Source: Klebsormidium nitens (taxonomy: Eukaryota > Plantae > Klebsormidiophyceae). Taken from it: a stretch of 64,000 nt of DNA. The notes below the pieces were generated by a model. It saw nothing but the letters and a program-made list of their open reading frames with translations, was not told the origin of the DNA and ran no database searches. Below are positions 1 to 11,500 of the stretch, one piece after another (position 1 is the stretch's first letter; the number at the start of each line of letters is the position of its first letter). The position numbers and the translations under genes are program-made. The stretch spans positions 62,001 through 126,000 of the forward strand of contig DF237033.1 in the NCBI GenBank assembly GCA_000708835.1. The letters run 5' to 3'.

Positions 1-510
1 TTCCAACCGAAAAGTTCCCTTTCCACAAACTATTGAAAAGAATTCTTGCTCTGCTATTTTCGGGCTTTCTTCTCATTTCCGCTACTTATTCGAACTCTTG
101 CAAACGAGTAAAAAGATTGAAAGGCAGTTTCTGTAATAGAATCGACCGGAGGCGTACAAGAGAAACGTCCGTTCTTAACCTTGACCCAGCTTTGGGAAAA
201 ACACCGACTGCCAAATTTCCTTCCTCATATCTGCCTTTCTCGTAATCCTCCCTTCCTCTACAAACGAGAATCGGTCTTAACAACGGTTCGTGAATCACTC
301 TGCCTCTCTTTCTCGCAGGTTGCCAACCAAAAGCGCTTTCGGCGACAGCAAGCCCCCTTTCTCAGAGACCACATCCGCTCTAAGAATTGATCGACCTCGC
401 TTAGATCAATACCAACTGCAAGTCTCCTTTCTCCGTCTCATTACTCCCTGCCTCTGCTTTAGACGTTCTTAGAAACGGGTCTCGATTTACTCCGCCTCTT
501 CTTCTCGCAG

Positions 511-3500
511 GTTGCGGGCATCATGGCGGGCATGGTCTTTATCGGTTTCTTCGCGGACCGCCTCGGCCGCAAGCGCGGCTCCATTCTGTGCGCGAGTATC
601 ATGCTGCTCGGAGCCGTCATGCTCATCGTGTCGGACGGTCCGGACCAGAAGGGCATACTACTCATGTACACCATCTCGCAGGTACGTACCGCTTTGAAGC
701 ATCGAAGAAAGGTCGAATGATAAGCCGAAACGATACGACGCAACCGCAATAAGAAGGTCAGGGTTATTTCGGGGAATGGCTTTGGTAGGGGCGTGCAGCA
801 AGTGCTTTTCGGGATAATGGGTTTCTTACCAGTCGAACCGTATTCGGATATCTTTTGAGATTCGTCTTTAATCAAGAGGATGTCTACGTCCTAGCTTGTG
901 ACTTTGCAGCGACTTCGACTTCAGAAGAAGTCGTTACAATATTCGCGACGAAAAACTCACGTGCCCCCTTTCATCGGGCTGTCCATTAAGAGAGGCACAA
1001 TGAGCAGAAGGGCACCGATGCTGAAGGCAGGCGTTACGGGTCACACGAAGCTTTTCTTAAAACCTCAGAGCTGCACATTCAAGTAACTTTTACGCGGAAG
1101 GCCTTTGCACACTCTTGCGAAGGATCAGTACGTCTCGAAAGCTGCACAGTCAAGTTCTCTCGAGTCTGCCTTTTCCAGAGAAACCCGTCTTTACTTCAGA
1201 ACCTCTGACCTCTGGCACAGCTGGTCTTAGATTTGGGCTTGAGGTGGATAAGCCCCGCCGCTTCCACTTCAGGGTTTGTATTGTTTGCTCCGCACTCTTC
1301 TAGAAAAGCCCACGTCTACGTCGCATCCTTGTAAGAAACTTCTGGCTGCTACCAGGCTATCTTAAAGACTATCAGTCTCAAATTATAGCTCAAAGCCCTG
1401 CTACTTAACCTGGCCTCCAAGGCTGGTTATCGCCCAAGTCTGTTTATTGGACATGTCTCCACTTTCTTGTCGACTCATAACAAAGCATAGTTAACAGCCA
1501 AATTTCCTGTGTTTGCAGCTGGTTTTCGGTTTGGGCGTGGGGGGTGAATACCCCGTCGCGTCATCGTCCGCGGCCGAGCGCGCGGAGGCCGACAAGGCGC
1601 TGCAGGACCGCCGCGGCGAGACGGTCGTGCTGACGTTTTCCATGCAGGGCGTCGGCAACGTTGCTAACGTCATCGTCCTCATGATTTTGCTGGCGGCGTT
1701 CAACCAGAACGGCCCGACATACGATCCCACGGTACGTACCGTGTTTGATGACGGGGGAAAGGTTAACCAAGCCTGGTTAGATATTCGTAAGATGGTCTTG
1801 AACCAGACAAAACGGGCTGAGTGATGGCTCGTTAACCAGGTTCGGTTAGGCGCGAAACCTTCCTGTGAGTCAATATTTGTGACTGGGCGGTTCGTACACA
1901 GCTCTCAATCTTTACGAAACATTGAGTAGGTTGCTACTCACAAAGACTCAAAATCGTTTACCAAGCCGGATTAGGTTCCGGTTAGACGCTCTCCCACAAA
2001 ATAAAGCTGTTTATCAGCAGACGTTCTTTAAGGTCTGCATTCGTGAAAAAACTTTTAGCGAAGCTCTCCAAACGTATTTTGACCAGTACTCAAGGATTGC
2101 CGGGAAAGCAAACCAACGCACGAGCAACAGCCCCATGCATACTTTTGGGAATCGGCTCCTATGGTCTGTCAACCGGCCTCAAACCGGAATCTAGCTCCGT
2201 TTCATCTGGAGTGATGTACTTCGGCTGGGCTCTTTACCGGCACGACCGCGTCCTGTGCTTCGTACTTGTTTGAAAAGACGCGGGTAATTTTGAACCCTTA
2301 AGCGCGATTTTCTCTGGAGAGCCAAATTATTTAGGCTTGTTACCGAGCCTGGTTAGCATCCAAACCCTTCTCTACTTTACAGCGCCTAGACTGGGTATGG
2401 CGCCTCTCGTTTGCGGTCGGCCTGATTCCGATCTTCATCATGCTCTACATTCGCATCTTCAGGCTCAAGGAATCGTCCATTTGGCAGGGTGAGAAACTGT
2501 TCTTCAGAGCACTCCAAGGCTTAGGCCGGTTATCTGTCCGATGCTCAGACTCAAGGCTGGTTGTTCAACTTGGGAAGCAGCAAAACTTTCTCTGATCTCC
2601 CTTCCAGCGAAGCGCAAATGGAATCTTTGTTAGAACCCGCTTATCTGCCCGACGACCAGTATCAGGGCTGGTTAGTCAAACCGGGTAGTGAAAAATCGTC
2701 CCTGTGCGGGTCTGTTCCGGCGAGCACAGAATTGACCTACAAAATCGCCCGCCCATCTGTCCGATAACCAGACTCAAGGATATTAATTCTAGCCCTGGTT
2801 AACCCAACCTGGTTAGCATCAAAACCTCTCTGTGCGTCTTTCTCCCAGCGAAGCACAACAACATGGCGAAAGCGGGGCTGAACGACAGCTTCACGATGCA
2901 CAAGTTTTCGTTGCTCATGTATCACTATTGGCACCGTCTGCTGGGCACGGCCGTCAGTTGGTACGTGTGGGACATCACCTTCTACGGGAACAAGCTCTTC
3001 CAGGTAATCCAAGGTTGTCTGGTTAAGGATTTCTGGCTGTTAACCGTGGCCGGTTACGGGTTTGGTTAGTAGCTGCTTTTGCCAGTTGGTACGTTTGGGA
3101 CATCATCTTTTCGGAATCAGCGCTTCCAGGTAAACCAAGTTTGTCTGGTTAAGGCTTTCTTGGCTGTTTACCACGGCCGGTTACGGGCTAAACGTTGATT
3201 AGTAGCTGCTTTTATGTTCTTACGTGCGGGACATCACCTTTTACGGGAACAAGCTGTTCCAGGTAAACTCGTATTCTTTTAGGCGGTAAACCATACCCGG
3301 TTACGGTTTGGTTAGTAGCTGCGTTCATGTCAGTTGGTACCTGTGGAACATCACCTTTTACGGGAACAAGCTGCTCCAGGTAAAAATCATTCGCCAAATC
3401 CGGCGCTGTCTGACTGACATGCTGGCTCGCCCCTCAAAGTGGGCGTCGGGGTTTGCCTGACTTCGATTTCAGAACGCACAGGTTTCCGGTCTCAACCAGA

Positions 3501-6418
3501 TTCCTTGAAACCAGGCGCTCTAACCAGCTCGTGATCAGCTTCGCTATTTAACTGAAGCCTGACCAAGCTTGAAGGGTCTTTATCTCATTTGTCGACCTCC
3601 TTTTCGTCTGCAAGGCACGGTTATCGAGATCGTTGTGCAGTGGGTCCCCTTAGCTCCATTCGAAGAACGAGCATCCAAACGGAGCCTAACCGGGCTTAGT
3701 TAACGATTGATTTCCATGCGGCAACCACTTTTCTATATGCGGGGCACATCTACCAAGTTGCTCAGATATTTCCCCTATTATTTTCTTTCCGGCTGGTGAA
3801 CGAGCATCTAACCAGAGCCTAACCCAGCTTGTTAGTCGGTTGTTTTCCAATGTTAACCTCGTTCGCGTGTGCAGGGTACCTTCATCAAGATCATCGTGGG
3901 TCCCAATGTGGGTCTCCTCACGACTGTGGAGTACACGCTTCTCAACGCAGTCATTGCCCTCGTCGGTTATTACTTCGCCGCGTTTACCATCGATAAGCGC
4001 TGGATGGGAAGGACCAGAATGCAGGTGGGCCCTCTAACGAGTTTTTTGCCTTTAACCAAGGATTGTTCTGGGCTGGTTCTGGGCTGGTCTGGAAAGTCGT
4101 TTTGTGTCCGTTAAGCAGAATTGAGCGGTAACCAGCCTCGGAACAAGGGTTACTTGTCCGATAACCTCCTAAGAGTCAAGTCTGGTAGTTTGCTAGGTTA
4201 GCAGCCATAATTTCCCATGTTAAGATCTTTATTATTCTCAGGATTTCGAAGGGTCTGTTGGGGGAGAGTGTGTCTATAACCTTCCGTTCCGTCACTCCTC
4301 GTTTCGTTGGTAGAAGCATATCTCAATGAGCTTACACATGCTTGTTAGACGCTCCTCTTCTCACGTGCTCGGTGCTGTGATTGTTCTAGCTTCGCAACAC
4401 TAAGCTGTTCTACAGAGCTCCCTTCATAGATACCCGTCAAAACAGCTGAAATTAGTTTTCTTCGATGCAGCTTCTGGCTCGAACATACAAGAACGTTCGC
4501 TTTCTGTGGCGCTTTTTGCCATAACGAGTTACTATGAACAGGGAGGGTGGGTTCTTGCGTATGCCGGCATTCGTTGCTAATCGAAGTCGGCAATTTATCG
4601 AAACAATTTCTGTACTTGGCTCGTCTCCTGTGCAGATCATGGGCTTTGCCTAAGTTTTCGTGCTGTTTCTCCGCGAAATACCTCGATAATCCGCTCGCCT
4701 CTTATGCAGATCATGGGCTTTGCCTGGGTCTTCGTGCTGTTCCTCGCGTGCGCGATATGGTACTCGGACCTCATCAAACCGGCGCACATCCACGTGTTCC
4801 AGTTCCTGTACTATATGAGCTCCTTCTGGGGCCAGTGGGGGCCCAACTCAACGACGTGGCTGCTGCCTGGAGAGATCTTTCCGACCGAGACGAGGTAAAC
4901 CAATTTTGACACTAACCTAACCTCGCGGCCAGATCTTTGCCCGAGAACTGAGACGAGGTAAACCTAATTACCTACATTGACTTAAGTCGGCAACCTGGCT
5001 GCCGCCCGCGGAGAGTTTCCCGACTGAGACGAGGTAATCCCAGTTCTGCAAAGTAACCTACTCGTCTTTCTGGCTGCCACCGAAACAATAAGTCAAACCT
5101 TGTTCTGCACACTAGCCTCATTCCGAAATTTTGCTACTGCCCGAGGAGATCCTCTCGAGCGAGACGAAGTTTACCTGAGTATGCACACTGACCTAACCCA
5201 GCAACTTGGCTGTCAGTGCTCTAGTAGAGCTTCCGAATGGGACGGGGTGGTCTAGTCGGGCACACTGACCTAGTTACTCAACAACTTGGCTGCTGTCCGC
5301 GGACATGATCACCCTGCTGAGACAAGGCAAACCCAGTTTTGCACACTAACAGGGCTGTGAGCGGTGGGCGCATACACTAGCATAGGGTGCGTGCGGTTGC
5401 AAAAAGCGTGACAATTAAGGTTCGGATCTTGTTCTTCACCAGCGCAACTAACATCATATCGTTCAGAGTCAAGATCTCTCAAAGCAGATGACAATGAAAC
5501 GTGATTCGTACGTAGATTGAGCGCTTAATCCTTCCGTTGAAACATCGCCCTTTCGCCAGTTCTTCTGTTGTTTCAGATCACGCGGTTCTTTCCTGCTATG
5601 AACGACTTCGTTTCTGTTTCAGGGCTTTCACTCACGGCATGGCCGCTGCGACGGGCAAGGCGGGTGCGTTGACGGCGGGGCTCTGGTTCGAGCATCTGTC
5701 CAATCAGAGCAGATTCTACGTGTGCGCCATTTGCGGGGCCATTGGTGAGTGGGACGGTCAGTACATAACCGGCCTCTACTTGCGCAAGGCCGATGCGTGC
5801 TGGTAATTTGCTTCGTACAAAGCTAGGAACCGCTAGGAAGGAAACTGGGGTTAGTACAAGGTTAACGTTGCCGCCCCTTTGCAGGTCTCTCCTTCACCAT
5901 CGTCTTCGTGCCGGATATCACCGGCCTCGACCCGCGCGAGGCCGACACGCGCAAATTCTTCCTTAACCACAAGGCCAGGAACCCGAGATTAGCACAAGGT
6001 TAACGTTGACCTCCCCTTTGCTGCGCTGCAGGTCTCTCCTTAATCATCTTCTTCGTGCCGGACATGACGGGCCTTTACTTGCGCGAAGCTAACGCGCGCT
6101 GGTTCCTGCTTCATCACCATGCTATAAGCCTGGGGTTAGTGCAAGGTTAACGCTGACCTCCCCTTTGCAGGTCTCGTCCTAACCATCGTGTTTGTGCCGG
6201 ACCTTACGGGCCTCGATTTGCGCGAGGCCGACGCGCGCTGGTTCATGCTGGTGGACGGCAGAAGCAGCGAGTACGTGGGCGAAGCAATCAAACCGCGCCA
6301 CCTGTCGCTCTGGGAGCGAATCGTCGGGTACGGAAAAGTTTACGACCCGTCGGCGCCCAAACTGGACCTCAAGACGCTCTCGATGGAGAAGAAGCTCGCG
6401 CAGAAACTGCAGATTTAG
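511..6418 (+). CDS. PHT1: PHT1/PTA-type inorganic phosphate:H+ symporter (MFS), 5'-partial; exons 511-681, 1519-1731, 2383-2488, 2849-3003, 3875-4024, 4710-4894, 5623-5744, 6171-6418 (450 codons in window)
   Basis: All introns are GT..AG and phase-consistent. The translation contains FFADRLGRKRG, GLGVGGEYPVASS (PHT1 GG[DE]YP signature), WDITFYGNKLFQ, WGQWGPNSTTWLLPGEIFPTETR and THGMAAATGKAGA, all typical of plant/algal PHT1/Pho84 transporters. TAG stop at 6416-6418. The first exon(s) lie upstream of the window. Confidence 0.9.
2952..3390 (+). repeat. Donor-junction echo array of PHT exon ending at 3003 (3 decayed copies)
   Basis: Copies of TACGTGTGGGACATCACCTTCTACGGGAACAAGCTCTTCCAG|GTAA end at 3129, 3262 and 3379 (spacing ~117-133 bp). 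Confidence 0.9.
4625..5310 (+). repeat. Acceptor echo (4635) and donor echoes (4957, 5033, more decayed ~5165) around PHT exon 4710-4894
   Basis: TGCAG|ATCATGGGCTTTGCCTAAG at 4631-4654 copies the real acceptor but contains a stop. GAGACGAG|GTAA recurs at 4957 and 5033. Confidence 0.85.
5845..6250 (+). repeat. Acceptor echo array of the last PHT exon (2 copies plus the real site)
   Basis: CAAGGTTAACG..CCCCTTTGC(...)AG|GTCTC..ATC..GTGCCGGA..GGCCT..GCGCGA occurs with exon-like starts at 5885, 6032 and 6171 (real). Confidence 0.9.
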
Positions 6419-8576
6419 CGCGATCAGGGGCGTGCGCGCGCGCGCATTAGGAAGGTATTGTTTGGGGGGTTCAAGTTACTTATGACGGGTTACGGGCTGG
6501 TTAGAAGCTGGTTCTAAGTCCGCTGACCAGAGTCGCACAGTTTTCAGACCTTTACAACGCGGTTATTGTTTCAGAACCTTACTAGAGTTTGGTTACTGAG
6601 CTTGGTTATCAGCCAAACCCAGCCGGTAACTTTGCTGCGGTCGTTCTATTACATGAACATGGGCGTAGATGCTTTAAGAGGCAGCTATTTTTCAAGGAAA
6701 TGCCTGTTGTAGACCGTACCGTGAGATTTGGGTGACTACGAGTTGAGCTCAGGTCTAGCTATCCTTACCGAGCTTGGAAAACCGAAGCCATGAGAGACTT
6801 GGGTGCCGTCGTTGATATGCACTCAGTAATCGACGCACTTGGTGATTCTTGATAGCACGACACCGCTTCAAACATACATTGCATTAGACGCCTGTATCTA
6901 GCTCCTATATGTTCAGACGTCTATGTATTGACATTGTTGGAATTGCTAGGAGTTCAGAGTTATCATAAGGACGGGCACCGTTTATGTACATCTCCAGTCT
7001 CCGTCCTACACATCTACTTCACTTGCACGATCCGGGCTTTTCCGAAAAGAAGATATCAGAACTCCTTCGAACGGAAATGGCCTCAGACGGCGCGCACGTA
7101 CGACGCGCTGCCGGTTGTTGCACGGCACGGTAACCTAGGGGGATCCCCATCGGGCCGGCTACGTGACCAAAATCTGCACACTTTATAGTAGCCGCTTTAG
7201 AGCTGAGTCCTTGGGATCAGTTGATCGAATAAAGAATGATCATTTGCCTGGCTCTATTATATTTGCCTTCCTCTTAATAGAGCCAGGCCGGCTGCAGCAA
7301 GGGTCTCCAAAGCTTAAGTTCAGCCCCGGCGCAGTGTCTAAACATCTTAAGATTCTGGATCTTTCTCTGAAGGAATCTGCTCATGATCGTCAGCATCCGT
7401 GATGCACAGGCACCATCTGACCGAGTCACGAACTGCAACCGCGCAGCCGCGCAGGTGCCGCGCAGCCGTAAGTTCAAGTTGGTATCATGCCCACTGATGA
7501 GCGCTGCATCATTGCCATGGCACGCTAGCTAGCCTGCTCCCCTTATAGTGCAATGATGATGGGCTTTAATTTACACGTGCCCGCTGATCCAAACTTAGAT
7601 GTTGATTCGAATTTATGATGCTTGCACGGTACGTTAACTAAGTATAAGCTTCAATCCTTGTGAGTGCCTACCTATTTAACTTAATCATTCGTATCATGCG
7701 TCTGCTAAACACATGCAGGGGATCATGTGAATGTAACTACCTCTTCTGACTCGATCAGTAATTTTAAGTACGTTATTCACTACCGTAATCATGGTGTACC
7801 GGCCGGCGGCCACCGGGCCTGGCCGGGGGGCATGTGTGCATTCGCGGCAAGCTGCGGCAAGCTTGGGGCCAGCATGCAGAAACTTCATACAGATTTTGCA
7901 CCGACCGTACTTGAAAAACACATACAGTCATGGGCCGGTGAGCATGATCTTCGATCGATAAGTACGTCAAACAGCGCGCCGGGCCGTCGCGGCCCGGCTT
8001 GATACCGTACGTCCATGAGCGTACGTACGGGTCCGTGTATGTACGTCATCGGCACTGCAACTGAGCCTGGTCGGACGATATGATGTATATTCTCGACTTC
8101 TGGCAAAACTTCCTTGCGTGAAACGGTATCGTTAAAGCTGTTGGTTCAATGGTTGAAGTGACTCATCGCATGCCCGCCGCGCTGCTGGGGAGTTCAGAAT
8201 GTAAACGATGGTATGACATTGAACCAGAAGTTGTGCATGTACCAGGTAAGGTACATGCAAGGTGGAGGCACTGGCCGTTCCGCCGCTGTGCGCTTCTTCA
8301 CGAAAGCTCAGACCCCGGGTCCCAACAACTTTGGGCCATCAATCAAACACTGAGTTATCCGTACCGTTCACCTCCGTGTCTGTCAGTGTCTGCACACACT
8401 ATTGGAAATGAAACCTTACCTCAATCTTGACACAAAACCATCATGAGACATGGTCCCCAAAAATGTCATCTGCCGTCCAAAAGCATGGCGCCTGGCAGTT
8501 CTTAGTAGCAAAAACACCTCCAAACGCATGCGCCTCAAAAGCTGATCAACAAAAAGTCTCCACAGCCATCACACGC

Positions 8577-11500
8577 CTACTTCTTTTCCATGTCATCCTT
8601 CTTCTGAACCGCCGCAATCAATCCCTCGGAAACCGAGCCATCCTTTTCCAACTCTGCATCATTTGCGCTTTGTACATCCGTAGTGACAAGATTCGCCCTA
8701 CTCGATCCGGTCCCCGCACTTCTGTCATTCCCGTTTGAGCCCACTTTTCGAGGCCTCTTAAATATGCCGGGTACGGGCACACCCGCGAGAAAACCTCGCC
8801 GATCTCGTTGCTCTACTGGTACACTCGCAGGCCCTGTCTCGCCCGCCGCTGCTCCAAAACGCCCACTGGCACCGCCCACACTCCCCGCCAACGGGGCCTC
8901 TCCTTCCCGTTGCGCCGGTTCCGTTTCACTCTTGCGCAGCGTTGCTGCCACCGACTCCCCAACCCGCTCACTCACTCCTTCCTCGCTCGCATTTTTCACT
9001 GGTTGACCCGATCCTTCTTTGCTTGGTACTTCCCCCTTGTGCCCACTAACCGTGTTGACAGATTCTTTCGTGACCCCTTTCTCACTCCCTTCTCCCTCCT
9101 TGCTTTTCCCAGGCCAGGTAAATCCACCAACCGAATTCAGCCCCTTCCTCTGCTTGTCAATCCTAGCTACCAGTCCCTTCAGTCCCGTTTCCCCCCTCAC
9201 TTCTTCCAACTCGACCTTTCCCAGGGTCTGAGTCGACCCCTCCTTTTCCAAACCCCCTACGTACCCCTTCTCGTGCGACCCGCCAACCCTACCAGTTATT
9301 CGCCCGGTTCCCGCTGTTTCTATGTCCGTTACCGTTTCCGTTTCCGTTTCCCTCTTGTTCCGCCCGCCAATCCGCTCGACAAGACCCTTCACGCTTCCAG
9401 CAACCGTACTCCGCTGACCGGACGTCCGGGGCTTTGAGACGCGCGTCCGAAGGTCCGACAAAACCGTTCGTAACCGGGGCAGCTTTTCCCGCAGGTCGGG
9501 CAGCTTGGAAAACTGGGGAAAGACGGATCGCCGCTGATTGGCTTCCGCTTCTTCCAGCGCCCGGAGCTCCGCTTCCGCTGTTGCCTGAAACGGAACGGAA
9601 TGCTAATGTTTGCTTTTGATCCAGTAAGTAACTGCGGCGAAAGAAGAATTCTGGATACGCGCGCTCGTTCCGTTGACAATTGAATGCAGCGAAGAGAAAC
9701 GAGGCGGCTCAGGTGCGCTCCAATCTCCCCCTCATTCCGCTCCGTTCTCCAACGCTCATCCCGCTCCCACCTCAAACCTTCTCCTTCAAACTCATGGCAA
9801 CATTGGGAATCCGCTTCGATGTTTCTTTCGCCTTTCTTTGAGGGCCGGTGCGGAGACAACGACGGCTTAAGGCAGTACAAGACAGCATTGCGTTTCGTAG
9901 CGTTCACGTGACGAAGCTAAGCATTCAGACTGCTTCCCAGACAAAGAGACTTGTTTCTCCACCCCCCACGGATGGTTGACGGATCCATGCGTAGACATTC
10001 AAGAACCCTAAGTTTGCGAAAAGCTCAACACTTACCGCTGCTTCGCGCGCCTGCCTCCGGTCCTAGTCTTTGACCGCGCACTTCGCCAGCTTTGTTTCCG
10101 CAGAGGTCACCCGATTTTTTTTTAATGGAAGCAAACACCTATAAACGCAAACTTGCACGATATAGAAGAACCTACTTTGCAAAAGCCCAACACTCACCTC
10201 CGCTTCGCGCGCCTGTTTCCGGTCTTGATCCTCTATTGCGCGCTTTGCCAACTCTCGTTCCGCAAAACGACCCGCTCCGTTGCCCCATAACCCAATTGCA
10301 GCTTGACAAAGCAAGTGCAAATCTGAGAACTTGCTCATAAGTCACCTCCCACTTCACGCGCCTGTCTCCGATCTTGATCCTCCATCGCGCGCTTTGCCAG
10401 CTCGTACCTCGCCAAAGCCACCGGGTTATCAAAAGTGCAAGCCGACTTGTTCGATAGAAAATCATTTTAGGAGCAACCAAAACCCTTAGCAAAAGCCCAA
10501 CACTTACCTCCGCTTCGCGCGCCTGCTTCCGGTCCTGGTCCTCCATCGCGCGCTTTGCCAGCTCGTATCCCGCGAAGTTCATCGCCCCGAGGGGGGCGAT
10601 CCAGAAGAAGCGCGGCAGAGCGCCCTTGTAGAGCGCCATGACGCCCTCGTTCTTCAGGATGTGCACAAACGTCGCTCCCATGCTGCTCGCCACGCCTGGC
10701 AAAAGCACAAGCTTTTTATTTTCATTTTCTGAACCTGAATGTTTTGCGGTGTTTGAAGATACATATTTCAAGGATTGATAATTTGGTGGTTCGAGTTTTG
10801 GAGTCGAGGCAAAAGAGCGCCCCCTTGTAGAGCGCCGTCACGCCCTCGTTCTTCAGAATGTGGACGAACGTCGCTCCCATGCTGCTCGCCACGCCTGGCA
10901 AAAGCACGACAGTACGCGTTTCGGAAAACATACTTCAAAGAGTAGGGGTTAGGTAGTTCGGGTTTTGAATGCGTCTGGGTAGAAAGAGCGAATTTCCGTA
11001 AAGCGCCAGAACGCCCTCGTTCTTTAGATTGTAAACAAACGTCGCATCCCATGCTGCTAGCCCGCTTGGCACTAACGAAGTCGATTCACTTCAAGCTTTT
11101 GGAACCATGTGTTTTGGGGGTGTTTGAAGTTCCATACATCTAGGGTTGGGGGTTCGCAATAGAATGTGAATAAGTTTAGGCAGAAGAGCGCATCCTTAGA
11201 GATCGTCATGACACCCTTGTTCTTCAGAATGTGGACGAACGTCGCTCCCATGCTGCTTGCTACGCCTGGCAGAAGCAGACGAGTTTGGGAACAATTCCCT
11301 GCGTTTGCAATCGCGTCTTCGACGGGTTGAAATTTCGGTACTTCGGTATGTTATTGGTCCTGATTCTCGCACTCCTCGTCGAAGGCCATCACTGCCTCGC
11401 TCTCCAAGATGACAATGTACGTCGGCCTTAAGGAGGATCAAGAGGGGCGTCTTGACAACTGCTAAGGTCTTGAGCTGAGGTGTCGATCGGGTTAGGATTC

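Noticed and set aside
7978-7998. GC hairpin as a Helitron 3' end or terminator
   Set aside because: No CTRR end at the expected distance on either strand. Intrinsic terminators are not relevant to this nuclear context.
8683-9437. Plus-strand ORFs of 107 and 209 aa
   Set aside because: They are antisense shadows of the low-complexity last exon of the carrier gene.
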